Assembly (NCBI GenBank): GCA_963666015.1
Contig: OY762555.1
Location: forward strand, 3,375,607 to 3,439,606
Direction of reading: 5' to 3'
Source: an uncultured Sphaerochaeta sp.
GTDB taxonomy: Bacteria; Spirochaetota; Spirochaetia; Sphaerochaetales; Sphaerochaetaceae
DNA length: 64,000 nt
Below, piece after piece: positions 19,153-29,131 of the stretch. The position numbers were made by a program, and so were the translations under genes. Within the stretch, counting starts at the first letter, position 1, and each line of letters starts with the position of its first letter. The notes beneath the pieces were generated by a model, which did no database searches, was not told where the DNA came from, and saw nothing but the letters and a program-made list of their open reading frames with translations.

Positions 19153-20229
19153 ATGGCAAACGTAGATATCAGAATTAAGCAGGTTGAACCACTTGCTACA
19201 CCGCAGCAGGTAGTCTCACTGCTGCCGGTTGATGAAAAAACCGCCGAATCCATACGTCGAAGCCGGCAGACGGTGAACGATATCATCCAAGGAAGGGACC
19301 AGCGATTGCTTGCAATCATCGGTCCCTGTTCTCTGCATGACCCCAAAGCAGCACTCGAATATGCAAGGAAGCTCAAGAAGCTTGCAAGTGAGATCGAGGA
19401 AGAGATGTTTGTGGTGATGCGTACCTATTTTGAGAAGCCGAGGACCGTAGGTGGTTGGAAAGGCTTGATCCTCGATCCAAAAATGGATGGCTCCTATGAT
19501 ATCGGTGGAGGTATCATGGCTGCCCGTTCTCTCCTGCTGGACATCGTGAAGATGGGCCTTCCGGTAGGGTGTGAGGTGCTCGACCCCATTATCCCCCAGT
19601 ACATCGACGAGTTGATGAGTTGGTCTTCGATCGGTGCAAGAACAACCGAGAGTCAGATCCATCGCAACCTTGCAAGTGGTTTGAGTGTGGCTGTCGGGTT
19701 CAAGAACAGTACCAGCGGGGACCTGTTTAATGCAATTAACGCTATCAAGAGCGCCCATCAACCAGCATCATTCATTGGCATGGATGCCTCAGGTGCCAGT
19801 GCCATCTTTAGGACCACCGGTAATGATTGTTGTCACTTGATCCTTCGTGGTGGAGACCAGAGTCCCAACTATTATGAGGATGATGTAGAGAATGCAAGGG
19901 TCTTTATGCAGAAGGAGGGGGTGAATCCCTCAATTATCATCGATTGCAGTCATGCAAACTCCAGAAAACACTATGAAAGACAAAAACGGGTATTGCGTTC
20001 TCTCATTGACCAGGTTTCCTGGGGTGAAAAGGCCATTCGTGGCTTCATGTTGGAAAGCAACCTGGAGCAAGGATGCCAAAAGATTCCTGAAGATCTATCT
20101 ACCTTGAAATATGGAGTCTCCGTAACTGATGCATGCATCGGTTGGGATGAGACCGAACGAATAGTGCACCATGCTTGCGATTTGCTTCGCAAGGCTCGCA
20201 GCGAAGGCGGCATTATCCAGCCGCTGTGA
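19153..20229 (+). CDS. 3-deoxy-7-phosphoheptulonate (DAHP) synthase, class I
   Basis: IIGPCSLHD, FEKPRTVGGWKGL and IDCSHANS motifs. Start at ATG 19153 (MANVDIRIKQ...). Confidence 0.9.
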   Translation: MANVDIRIKQVEPLATPQQVVSLLPVDEKTAESIRRSRQTVNDIIQGRDQRLLAIIGPCSLHDPKAALEYARKLKKLASEIEEEMFVVMRTYFEKPRTVGGWKGLILDPKMDGSYDIGGGIMAARSLLLDIVKMGLPVGCEVLDPIIPQYIDELMSWSSIGARTTESQIHRNLASGLSVAVGFKNSTSGDLFNAINAIKSAHQPASFIGMDASGASAIFRTTGNDCCHLILRGGDQSPNYYEDDVENARVFMQKEGVNPSIIIDCSHANSRKHYERQKRVLRSLIDQVSWGEKAIRGFMLESNLEQGCQKIPEDLSTLKYGVSVTDACIGWDETERIVHHACDLLRKARSEGGIIQPL

Positions 20230-20246
20230 AAAATGGAGGTCTATAC

Positions 20247-20798
20247 ATGGTTCCCTCAGTTTTAGTGATCCTTGCAGAAGGATTTGAAGAGGTCGAAGCT
20301 ATCACACCGATTGATTTGCTTAGGCGAAGTGGGGCAAAAGTCACCGTAGCTTCCCTTGATACTCTTGCCGTAAGGGGTTCTCATGGCATTGTAGTCCATG
20401 CTGACACCACCCTGGCCTCTTGTAAGAATAATTCATTTGATTGTGTGCTTCTCCCAGGAGGAGGGCAAGGGTCGAAGAATCTTGCTGCATCCTTTGAGGT
20501 GCTGGAGAAGGTTATCGAGACTGCCCAAAGTGGGGTGGTCGCGGCCATTTGTGCCGCTCCCGCAGTCGTCCTTGGCAAGACCGGCTTGTTGGACGGTAAA
20601 CGGGTGACAGGATATCCAGGGACAGAAGAGACCTGCCCTGGGTTGGTGCTAGAGAATGAATCATTCATCGTGGACGGTTCGTTGGTTACCGGACAAGGAC
20701 CTGGGGCTGCCATGCCGTTTTCTTTGGCGCTTATCGGTGTATTGTTTGACCAACGGACGCGAGAAGCTATAACAGAACAACTGCAGTACAAGGGGTAA
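20247..20798 (+). CDS. DJ-1/YajL/PfpI-family protein
   Basis: VLVILAEGFEEVEA and the nucleophile-elbow VAAICAAP. ATG 20247 is preceded by GGAGG. Confidence 0.8.
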   Translation: MVPSVLVILAEGFEEVEAITPIDLLRRSGAKVTVASLDTLAVRGSHGIVVHADTTLASCKNNSFDCVLLPGGGQGSKNLAASFEVLEKVIETAQSGVVAAICAAPAVVLGKTGLLDGKRVTGYPGTEETCPGLVLENESFIVDGSLVTGQGPGAAMPFSLALIGVLFDQRTREAITEQLQYKG

Positions 20799-20803
20799 GA
20801 AGC

Positions 20804-22321
20804 GTGGGTGCAATTGGATTTGACAATGAGAAATATCTGGAGGAGCAACGTCATTATATCCTCGAGCGAGTGAAGCAGAGTGATGGGAAGCTCTATCTGG
20901 AATGTGGTGGTAAGCTCCTGTTCGACTATCATGCATCACGCGTACTTCCTGGATTTGATCCGAATGTGAAGATGCGCGTATTCCAATCACTCAAGGAACA
21001 GATTGATGTTATCATCTGTATTCATAGTGGTGATATAGAACGACGAAAAATGCGGAGTGATTTCGGAATCACCTATGATACGGATGTATTCAAGATGATT
21101 GACGACTTCTCCAAGTGGGGGTTGAAGGTCACCCGTGTGGTAATTACCCGATTTGATGAGGAACCAGGCTCGGTCCACTTCAAGAATATTCTTGAGCAAC
21201 GTGGGATTACCGTCTACACCCATCGTGCAACACACGGATACCCGAACAATGTAGACCTGATTGTCAGTGACGAAGGGTATGGCGCAAACCCCTACATTGA
21301 AACCGATCGACCGGTCGTTATCGTGACTGGTCCCGGTCCAGGTTCAGGTAAGCTCGGTACCTGCCTCTCACAGATGTACCACGATTATAAGGCTGGACGG
21401 CATAGTGGATATTCAAAGTTCGAGACGTTCCCGATCTGGAACCTGCCCATTGATCATCCGGTGAATATTGCCTATGAGAGTGCAACCGCTGATATCGGGG
21501 ACAAGAACCTGATCGACCACTTCCATGCAAGTGCCTATAACCAGATTACGGTCAATTATTCCAGGGACCTGGAAGCATATCCTCTTCTTAACAGGATCTT
21601 GAGCAAGATTACCGGCGAGGATTGTCTTTATAAAAGTCCCACCGATATGGGAGTCAATCGCTGTGGGTTTGGCATTATCGACGATGAGGTTGTCAGGAAA
21701 GCTGGTGAACAGGAGATTATCAGGCGCTACTATCGAGCTGCCTGTGAATATGTCCAGGGAATCGGCACCAAGGAAACCGTCGAGCGGAGTCTTTCCATCA
21801 TGGATGGTGCGAAGCTTTCCAGTGAGAATCGAAGTGTGGTCCCTGCAGCCAAGCAGGCTCTCGAGAGAGGCATAGAAAGGAATAAGGGGATAAACGGGAT
21901 TGTATGTGCAGCGGCAATTGAATTGCCTGATGGGCGAATCGTCACCGGGTGCAATTCACCTTTCCTGCACGCTTCTTCTGCCCTGATCCTCAACGCAGTG
22001 AAGGTGCTTGCGGATATCGATCACGAGATTGACCTCATCCCTCCTGCAATCGTGCAGTCTGTGACAGAGATGAAGCGTGATGTGCTCAAGGGCAGGGGTG
22101 TAAGCCTGAATCTTGATGAGGTGCTTATCTGTTTGGCTATGAGTTGCGCAATCAGCGAAGATGCCAAGAAAGCGAGTGAGGTCCTACCGCTTCTTCATGG
22201 CTGTGAGGTTCATATGACCCATATTCCCAGTAGTGGAGACTCCTCAGGTTTGAGAAAACTGGTACTCAATGTTACCAGTGACCCACGCTTCCCTACCTCT
22301 TCCATGTATAACCCAGCCTAG
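20804..22321 (+). CDS. DUF1846 (UPF0371) family protein
   Basis: N-terminus GFDNEKYLEEQRHYILERV...LYLECGGKLLFDYHASRVLPGFDPN closely resembles UPF0371 proteins as I recall them. GTG start. Confidence 0.8.
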   Translation: MGAIGFDNEKYLEEQRHYILERVKQSDGKLYLECGGKLLFDYHASRVLPGFDPNVKMRVFQSLKEQIDVIICIHSGDIERRKMRSDFGITYDTDVFKMIDDFSKWGLKVTRVVITRFDEEPGSVHFKNILEQRGITVYTHRATHGYPNNVDLIVSDEGYGANPYIETDRPVVIVTGPGPGSGKLGTCLSQMYHDYKAGRHSGYSKFETFPIWNLPIDHPVNIAYESATADIGDKNLIDHFHASAYNQITVNYSRDLEAYPLLNRILSKITGEDCLYKSPTDMGVNRCGFGIIDDEVVRKAGEQEIIRRYYRAACEYVQGIGTKETVERSLSIMDGAKLSSENRSVVPAAKQALERGIERNKGINGIVCAAAIELPDGRIVTGCNSPFLHASSALILNAVKVLADIDHEIDLIPPAIVQSVTEMKRDVLKGRGVSLNLDEVLICLAMSCAISEDAKKASEVLPLLHGCEVHMTHIPSSGDSSGLRKLVLNVTSDPRFPTSSMYNPA

Positions 22322-23379
22322 ATACCACCGAAAAACCCAGCTATCAAGGGAAGTACCCCTAGGACCGCCAGGATGCGAAATGTATGCATCAGGACGATCT
22401 TAGGGGTTTCCAGTCCCAATTCATCACTGATCAAACCCATCTCTTGGATTCCTCCAGGGGTGGAGGAGAAGAGACTGGTAGCCCAATCCAAACGACAGAC
22501 TTTGTGTAGGATTGCCGCTGTGACAAATGCCATGAAAAAGAGTTCAATGGTTAGGATGAGTGCAGGGAGCAACAACACCTTGATTTCAAAAAGAGTCTGC
22601 ACAGTGATTCTGCTTCCTATATAGGATCCTGCCGCTATTTGCACCAACATTTTCAGTATTCTTGGATAGGTTGCCTTGTCGCTCACAAGGTTTAACAGTG
22701 CAACCCCTACGATGGAACCAAGGATTGCCCCTGCAGGGATTGCCGCGGCATTGAAAAACAACCCACCGGTCAATGCACAGGCGATGGTGGCAAAGAACCA
22801 AGAAGGAGAGACCAAACTGGATGTACCAACCCGTGCTGTTTCTTCTACTCCGGAAGTATGATCATCGATCTTGAGCATTGCCCTGATCATGGGGGGAAAT
22901 ACTATGATAACGGATACCAAGCGGAAGAGTTGCAAGAGTGCTACGTGTTCCATTACTGCCCCGAAATCAGTAGCCACCAGAGCCAAATCCGATACTCCCC
23001 CAGGAGCACATGCAAAGAAACTTGTCATAAAACTCAAGCTGGTAAAATGTTGCATGATGAAGGCAAAGAGGAGGTTTGTCGAGAGTAGTACCACCACCAG
23101 GATGATGATCGGGAATACCATGGTTTTCAGCGTTTTGATATCGCCTCGGGTGAAACGGGTACCAATCACCAAACCACTGAAGATCTGGACAATGATACGT
23201 AGATCTTCAGGATATGTAGTGGGAGCGGACTGAAAACTGTTGAGAATCATTACCGCAACAAGGGCTCCGATTAAGGTTCCCGCAGGTATTCGAAACCGCC
23301 GTAAAAGCAGTGCCCCTGTAGCCCCGACACCATGCAAAATGAGTAATGGAAGTAAATTCATAGGAAATCCTTGGTGCAT
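22318..23379 (-). CDS. AbrB-family (duplicated 'putative ammonia monooxygenase' type) integral membrane protein
   Basis: 353 aa with about 10 hydrophobic helices and an internally duplicated architecture. Start uncertain (23379 or 23361). Confidence 0.55.
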   Translation of the reverse strand: MHQGFPMNLLPLLILHGVGATGALLLRRFRIPAGTLIGALVAVMILNSFQSAPTTYPEDLRIIVQIFSGLVIGTRFTRGDIKTLKTMVFPIIILVVVLLSTNLLFAFIMQHFTSLSFMTSFFACAPGGVSDLALVATDFGAVMEHVALLQLFRLVSVIIVFPPMIRAMLKIDDHTSGVEETARVGTSSLVSPSWFFATIACALTGGLFFNAAAIPAGAILGSIVGVALLNLVSDKATYPRILKMLVQIAAGSYIGSRITVQTLFEIKVLLLPALILTIELFFMAFVTAAILHKVCRLDWATSLFSSTPGGIQEMGLISDELGLETPKIVLMHTFRILAVLGVLPLIAGFFGGI

Positions 23380-23529
23380 TGCTCCAGCAGAGAATTGTTG
23401 TATACCATCTATCTAATGATTACGGGTGCTATTGTACCATATGTAGGGTGATTGGTGAACTGTTTGTATACAATGAATGTCCTCTCTCCAACGCTTGACG
23501 TTGTGATTGCCTACTGATACCTTCTAGAT

Positions 23530-23937
23530 ATGAAATTATCGACAAAAGGTAGGTACTCGTTGCAGACTATGGTCTATTTGGCCACCTGCAAGGAGAATTG
23601 CAGTATACGCTCGATCAGTGAAGCGACTGGTATCAGCAGTGGATATCTGGAGCAATTGATGATCCCCCTTAGACGTGCAAAACTCGTTGTTGCAGAGCGA
23701 GGTGTGCAGGGAGGGTATCGTATTGCTCGTAAAGGAATTACTTGCCATGATGTACTGAATGCAAGTGAAGGTGATTTTCATCCGGTACCTTGTAAGGATT
23801 GCACGAGGACAGAAGCCTGCAAAACACACCAGATCTGGGCGTTGCTACAGAATGCAGTGGTAAACTATGCAAAGCAGGTTTTGATTGAGGACCTAGCCTC
23901 ACACTTGGTTGAACATGAGGTGGGGGGAGGTATATGA
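23530..23937 (+). CDS. Rrf2-family transcriptional regulator, Cys-containing (possible Fe-S type)
   Basis: MKLSTKGRYSLQTMVYLA winged-helix N-terminus, plus a C-x2-C-x5-C cluster (PVPCKDCTRTEAC). Confidence 0.8.
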   Translation: MKLSTKGRYSLQTMVYLATCKENCSIRSISEATGISSGYLEQLMIPLRRAKLVVAERGVQGGYRIARKGITCHDVLNASEGDFHPVPCKDCTRTEACKTHQIWALLQNAVVNYAKQVLIEDLASHLVEHEVGGGI

Positions 23938-24350
23938 AGATTTCTACACGAGGTCGTTACGGCCTAAGATTGCTTGTAGATTTGGCTGAGCACCAGAGTG
24001 AAGGTCCGGTTGCTCTCTCCCATGTAGCACACCGACAGGATCTCAGTGAGAAATACTTGCAGCAAGTTGCGCTGCTTCTTACCCGTGGAGGATTTTTAAT
24101 CTCTATCAAGGGAGCTGGAGGCGGGTACCAGCTCAAGGAAAGCCCAGATAAGATTTTCATTTATGATGTGCTCGATCTGCTGGAAGGGAATATTACCTTT
24201 GAGGAAAGATCTCAAGGACAGGAATCAGCCATCGAGAGAGTTATCAGGTTGCACTTCTACCAAAAAATAGACCAGGAAGTACGCAAGGTGTTTGAAAATG
24301 TCACCTTGGCTGAGGTGACCAGGGCTGAGTGGTTTACCTACATGATCTGA
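23934..24350 (+). CDS. Rrf2-family transcriptional regulator, Cys-less (CymR-like)
   Basis: MKISTRGRYGLRLLVDLA N-terminus with no cysteine in the whole protein. ATGA overlap with the upstream Rrf2 gene. Confidence 0.8.
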   Translation: MKISTRGRYGLRLLVDLAEHQSEGPVALSHVAHRQDLSEKYLQQVALLLTRGGFLISIKGAGGGYQLKESPDKIFIYDVLDLLEGNITFEERSQGQESAIERVIRLHFYQKIDQEVRKVFENVTLAEVTRAEWFTYMI

Positions 24351-24360
24351 GGGGTTGGCC

Positions 24361-24416
24361 TTGACAGAAGCCTGTGTTTTAAATACTATAAATTCTATAA
24401 TAATACTATGATATAG
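24361..24416 (+). promoter_or_regulatory. candidate cysK promoter with overlapping AT-rich operator
   Basis: TTGACA (24361-24366), 17 nt, TACTAT (24384-24389). It runs directly into an imperfectly palindromic CTATAAATTCTATAATAATACTATGATATAG block. Confidence 0.4.
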
Positions 24417-24440
24417 ATACGCGGCAATGGAGGCTACCCG

Positions 24441-25370
24441 ATGAGTGGACATATTTACCAAGATATCACAGAGAAAATTGGCAAAACACCTTTGGTCAAG
24501 ATACATCGACTTCATGATGGGGATGCGACAGTGCTTGCTAAGCTTGAGAGCTTCAACCCACTCTCCAGTGTGAAGGATCGTGTGGCCCTGTCCATGATTG
24601 AAGGAGCCGAGAAGCGTGGCTTGCTTTCAGCTGATTCGGTCATCATAGAGCCTACCAGTGGGAACACCGGGGTTGGATTGGCCTATGTTGCTGCGGTGAA
24701 GGGCTATCGGTTAATTATCACGATGCCTGAGACGATGAGTGTTGAAAGACGTAAACTCCTCTCTGCATTGGGGGCTGAATTGGTCCTGACCGAAGGTGCT
24801 CTTGGTATGAAGGGGGCTATTGCGAAGGCAGAGGAACTAGCCAAGCAGAATCCCCATGCTTTCATTCCAAGCCAATTCGATAATCCTGATAATCCAGCTG
24901 TTCACTATCGTACAACTGGTGTGGAGATCTGGGAGGATACTGCACACACCGTCGATCTTTTTGTTGCAGGTGTCGGTACCGGGGGAACTATCAGTGGGGT
25001 GGGTAAGTACCTCAAGGAACAGAATCCCCAAGTAAAAATTGTTGCCGTGGAACCCTCAACCAGTCCAGTACTGAGTGAAGGATATGGCGGTCCTCACAAG
25101 ATTCAGGGTATTGGTGCAGGGTTTGTTCCCGGTAATCTCGATCGTTCTGTAATCGATGAGATAGTGACAGTGGAGGATGCAAAAGCAGGGAAGACTGCAC
25201 GGTCTCTTGCCAAGCAGGAGGGGCTGCTGGTTGGTATTTCCAGTGGGGCGGCAATGCATGTTGCGCTTCAGTATGCTGCAGATCCAGCCTGGAAGGGTAA
25301 GACTATCGTTGTCCTGCTCCCTGATTCTGGAGAGCGATATTTATCCACCTGGTTGTTCGAAGAAGACTAG
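24441..25370 (+). CDS. cysK: cysteine synthase A (O-acetylserine sulfhydrylase)
   Basis: PLSSVKDR (PLP lysine) and TSGNTG motifs. 309 aa. GGAGG lies 7 nt upstream. Confidence 0.9.
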   Translation: MSGHIYQDITEKIGKTPLVKIHRLHDGDATVLAKLESFNPLSSVKDRVALSMIEGAEKRGLLSADSVIIEPTSGNTGVGLAYVAAVKGYRLIITMPETMSVERRKLLSALGAELVLTEGALGMKGAIAKAEELAKQNPHAFIPSQFDNPDNPAVHYRTTGVEIWEDTAHTVDLFVAGVGTGGTISGVGKYLKEQNPQVKIVAVEPSTSPVLSEGYGGPHKIQGIGAGFVPGNLDRSVIDEIVTVEDAKAGKTARSLAKQEGLLVGISSGAAMHVALQYAADPAWKGKTIVVLLPDSGERYLSTWLFEED

Positions 25371-25400
25371 GAAAAAGTATCGATTGTGATATAATTACGT

Positions 25401-25832
25401 ATGAGAGCGTTGTTCAGATTACCACAGATAGAGGCAGCAAGAACAGCCGCTTCCTATAAGCTGCTGAGCGATGACGCTTTGTATGCCATGGGGGTCGCCT
25501 ATGTTGAGGAAGCCCTTCATGAGATGGGGTATACGGTTGTTTTCCGTAGTGGTAGCAGAAGTCGATATCCCCAGCTCAAGGCTCAGAAGCAAAACGGCAA
25601 GCTTTGGTGGGTTATTGTTGGAGTGGGTATGTACCCCAATCGTCCTCACCTAAGTGAAGAGGTGGTCAAACAGGTACTCAAACATGCACCCGAAGAACAA
25701 GCAAAAGTTTATTTTGCTCCAGTGATGTTTATCAATACCCGCTCCCAGAATGTGTCCCTGCCGAGTCAGAATGGATCGTTTACGGCCCTATTCAATGGCT
25801 TGACTCCAGTAACTAGACGTTCCCGTCGGTGA
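25401..25832 (+). CDS. hypothetical protein
   Basis: 143-aa ORF with no obvious RBS and no family recognised. Its 3' end overlaps the convergent gene by 20 nt. Confidence 0.4.
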   Translation: MRALFRLPQIEAARTAASYKLLSDDALYAMGVAYVEEALHEMGYTVVFRSGSRSRYPQLKAQKQNGKLWWVIVGVGMYPNRPHLSEEVVKQVLKHAPEEQAKVYFAPVMFINTRSQNVSLPSQNGSFTALFNGLTPVTRRSRR

Positions 25833-26481
25833 TATAGGTGGGAATGGCTCGACCACCGATGTCTTTCTCCAGCCCCCAGGTCAGGGTGAATGGTACATCG
25901 ATTAGTGTTGAAAAAAGATGAGACAGGAAGAACTCATCGCTACATGCCACCCTATAGCAGGCATACCGCTTCTTTGTAGGTTCAGCTTGCATGAGAGATC
26001 TATGGACATTCTTAAGAAGGTTATATAGTTCTTTCTCTGAAGGTTCATCTATCAATATTTTCACCAAGGGATCTTCAAGATACGAGAGAGCTCTCTCCTC
26101 CAGTTCTCCTTGGTTTTTCCCCAATGCTACAATAGTGGTGAGACCCGTTTCGTAGTCAACGGCAACCAGGGCCTCGCAGTTTCCTGTCTTCCCATATTCT
26201 GCCGCACGATCAAGTAGCTGACATTGCATGCCAAAATCTAGAGTATTGTAGATAGCAGATATTTCTGGAAAGGCTTGTAGATGTAAATCGGCAAAGCTGA
26301 AAGGATAATGCAGCGAGAAGGAATCATCATCAAGCGTAGAGAGAACCTGTGCAATTGTCTTTATCTGTCCCAGATCAAAATATGATAAGAGCGTTCTTTT
26401 TTCATGAATCATGAATCGATAGCGAGAAATTAAGATATTATCACGTACACTTGTTCGCTTTCCCGTCTTTCCTTGATTCAT
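25813..26481 (-). CDS. hypothetical protein
   Basis: 222-aa ORF. Composition looks like a soluble protein. No recognised motifs. Confidence 0.5.
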   Translation of the reverse strand: MNQGKTGKRTSVRDNILISRYRFMIHEKRTLLSYFDLGQIKTIAQVLSTLDDDSFSLHYPFSFADLHLQAFPEISAIYNTLDFGMQCQLLDRAAEYGKTGNCEALVAVDYETGLTTIVALGKNQGELEERALSYLEDPLVKILIDEPSEKELYNLLKNVHRSLMQAEPTKKRYACYRVACSDEFFLSHLFSTLIDVPFTLTWGLEKDIGGRAIPTYITDGNV

Positions 26482-26575
26482 GGAAGGCAGTATAGCACAA
26501 TGGCGAAATAATGGCTAATAGAAGTGATGCATGCTTTGCTTGAAAGATGCGAAGAGCTTTGCTATTGTTTCGGCT

Positions 26576-27337
26576 ATGAATGATACCCTGATTAATCTTG
26601 AGGCAACGTTGTTTTGTGGGCAAACATTTGCTTGGACCAAGGAAGGTTCAACCTATAAAGCGGTGTTGGGAGGGCGTCATATCATGTTTGAGGAAGCTGA
26701 CTTCCCCACATTGGTGGCAGAGGATGCTCTTTTCTCTCATTACTTCGATATGGAGTGGGAGTATGATGAGGCTGAGCGTGTGCTCAGCTCTCTTGACCCC
26801 CATCTCTCTATGCTCATCAGTCAGTATCGGAGTATTCACATACTCAACCAAGATCCATGGGAAGTGTTGGTCAGTTTTCTCCTCAGTCAGAACAACAATA
26901 TCAAGCGGATTCGTGGTATGTATCAAACCCTTTCCAGAACCTATGGAACAGAGGTTTCCCCCGGTGTCTTTGCCTTTCCCCGACCAGAGCAGCTTGAGGA
27001 GGTGAGTGAGACAGCGTTTAGGGCACTGGGCATGGGGTTCAGGGCTCCCTACCTTATCAGCGCCATCTCTCATGCATATCTGCTGGAATCCATCGAATGT
27101 CTGGACTATCTACCTGCAAAAGAGTTGCTCAAGAGCATCAGGGGAGTAGGGGAAAAGGTTGCCTCATGTATTTTGCTGTTTGGGTATCATCGTATGGAAG
27201 CCTTCCCTCTCGATACCTGGATGCAGAAGGTGATGAAGCGACACTATCCCACAAAAGATGAAACATTCTTTGCACCGTACGCTGCACTTGCTCAGCAGTA
27301 CCTGTTCCATGGGGAACGTCTAGGAGGTAAGCAGTGA
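26576..27337 (+). CDS. 8-oxoguanine DNA glycosylase/AP lyase-like (OGG N-domain plus HhH-GPD)
   Basis: LFCGQTFAW (OGG N-terminal signature) and an HhH-GPD block IRGVGEKVASCILLFGYHRMEAFPLDTW. Start uncertain (26531 or 26576). Confidence 0.7.
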   Translation: MNDTLINLEATLFCGQTFAWTKEGSTYKAVLGGRHIMFEEADFPTLVAEDALFSHYFDMEWEYDEAERVLSSLDPHLSMLISQYRSIHILNQDPWEVLVSFLLSQNNNIKRIRGMYQTLSRTYGTEVSPGVFAFPRPEQLEEVSETAFRALGMGFRAPYLISAISHAYLLESIECLDYLPAKELLKSIRGVGEKVASCILLFGYHRMEAFPLDTWMQKVMKRHYPTKDETFFAPYAALAQQYLFHGERLGGKQ

Positions 27338-29052
27338 TACCTGTATCAGTAGTTGGGATCCGTTTTGACCAGTTCCCTCCTTCAACCCATTCGAAATTCT
27401 CATTCACTGAAAAACAGCTTAGTACCATAACCATTAAACTGCGTAAGCAAACACGTAGTGATGCGGTTATCCTGCTTTCCACTTGTGACCGTGTGGAAGT
27501 GTGGTGTGAGAACCCACAAATTGATTGCAAGGAGCCGTTCCTCAGGGTACTCTCTCTTCCTGTGCTCATATGGGCTGAGCATACCTACAGCATCTTCGGC
27601 GAGGAGGCAATCGAGCATCTGTTCGCATTGGCATCTGGACTGCTTAGCCCCCTATTTGGTGAGGACCAAATTATCAGCCAGATACACACAAGCCTTTTGA
27701 GGAGTCGAATCCATGGCTGTGCTTCACCGCATATGGAGTATCTCTTCAGGGAAGCGATTACCACGGCAAAAGCAGTACAATCGAAGGTTGACCTGCAGGT
27801 TCCCGATGAGTCCCTGCCTGAGGCGGTGCTTACGCTTCTTGAGAAGCGGGAAGTCGACAAGAAAGTACTGCTTATAGGTAGTAGTGCCCTGGCACGTCTT
27901 GTAGCAAAGGTCCTCTGTGGAAAGGGATATAAGGTAACCATGACATTCCGTGATTTAGAAAAAGCGGAGCTTTTGCTGCCAGAGGGCGTAATGGCACTCG
28001 CCTATGAGGAGCGTTTTGATCATTTTGCTTCATACAGCGTGGTGCTCAGCGCTACCAAAGGAATGGAGTACACGGTTGATCTCGACAGCCCCAATGGCCC
28101 CGGGCTGTATATCGACCTTGCTCCTGTGAGGGATATCAATCCAGTTCTGGCTGAGAGAAAAGGGGTTGAAGTACTGACGCTGAAAGACTTTTCTGTACCT
28201 CTGCCTCGTAGGGAAGCGGCTACTGCCGAAGCAAGGAACATCGTCTCTGATCGACTGGGTAAGGCTTTGCACTATCTCACCTATCGACATCAGGTAGAGG
28301 CAGTGCAACGTATGGCAGGCCAGGCTGCAAACGACTTGGTATATCGGCTCAATAGCATGCTGGTTTCACACAAGCTGGACCTTGATTTTCGTAAGGATCT
28401 CTATGAGACCGCCAGGAAGGCCTTCAGTCATCAACTCTACCAGGAGAGGAAGAGGGAAGCTGCCATACAGCGGTATGACCTTTCCATATGCCTGGAAAGT
28501 GGCCATGCGATTTATGATGGGGACCCTGATACCATTCTCGAACCATTGCATACCATTGAGAGAGAGGGGTGGGCTCTGACCAGGCTCTCACTTGGTTCTC
28601 ATACAGGTACCCATATGGACAGCCCTTCTCATCTGTTGAAGGAAGGAAAAACTCTCGATACCTACCCGCTCTCCAGGTTCTTTGCCACTGCCTATGTGAT
28701 GGATTGCAGGAATCTTGAAATGATTGACCCAGAAGATATTCCTGAACTCGATTCTTCCTGTAATGCAGTTCTGTTCTGTACTGATGGTAATGCCCAACTG
28801 AGTATGGCTTCTGTGCATAGTCTCCTGGCCAGGGGTGTTCGACTATTTGGCTTTGATACCCCAAACTGTGATCGTAGTGAAGATATCTCGTTCCCTGTTC
28901 ATCATGCCATCTTTGCTCAAGATGCCCTGATTCTCGAGAACTTGGTCAATTTGGATAAGGTAGTCTCCAGGGTGGTACAGCTTACCTGCCTTCCTCTCTC
29001 ATTCAAGAAAGCGGATGGATCTCCTACTCGGGTGATAGCCACTATATGGTAG
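27334..29052 (+). CDS. glutamyl-tRNA reductase (HemA)-like protein fused to a putative cyclase/arylformamidase-family domain
   Basis: N-terminal about 375 aa: LLSTCDRVEVW (compare STCNR), GEDQIISQI, and a Rossmann-like VLLIGSSALARLV. C-terminal about 190 aa: HTGTHMDSPSH (HxGTHxDxPxH). GTG start overlaps the upstream stop, with AGGAGG 7 nt upstream. Confidence 0.7.
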   Translation: MIPVSVVGIRFDQFPPSTHSKFSFTEKQLSTITIKLRKQTRSDAVILLSTCDRVEVWCENPQIDCKEPFLRVLSLPVLIWAEHTYSIFGEEAIEHLFALASGLLSPLFGEDQIISQIHTSLLRSRIHGCASPHMEYLFREAITTAKAVQSKVDLQVPDESLPEAVLTLLEKREVDKKVLLIGSSALARLVAKVLCGKGYKVTMTFRDLEKAELLLPEGVMALAYEERFDHFASYSVVLSATKGMEYTVDLDSPNGPGLYIDLAPVRDINPVLAERKGVEVLTLKDFSVPLPRREAATAEARNIVSDRLGKALHYLTYRHQVEAVQRMAGQAANDLVYRLNSMLVSHKLDLDFRKDLYETARKAFSHQLYQERKREAAIQRYDLSICLESGHAIYDGDPDTILEPLHTIEREGWALTRLSLGSHTGTHMDSPSHLLKEGKTLDTYPLSRFFATAYVMDCRNLEMIDPEDIPELDSSCNAVLFCTDGNAQLSMASVHSLLARGVRLFGFDTPNCDRSEDISFPVHHAIFAQDALILENLVNLDKVVSRVVQLTCLPLSFKKADGSPTRVIATIW

Positions 29053-29131
29053 TTATTTCTCCATCTTGCTCGATGGGCACCTGCACACTCTCCATTGGTA
29101 TGATATACTCTAGATAGTGGAGGGACCTTAT

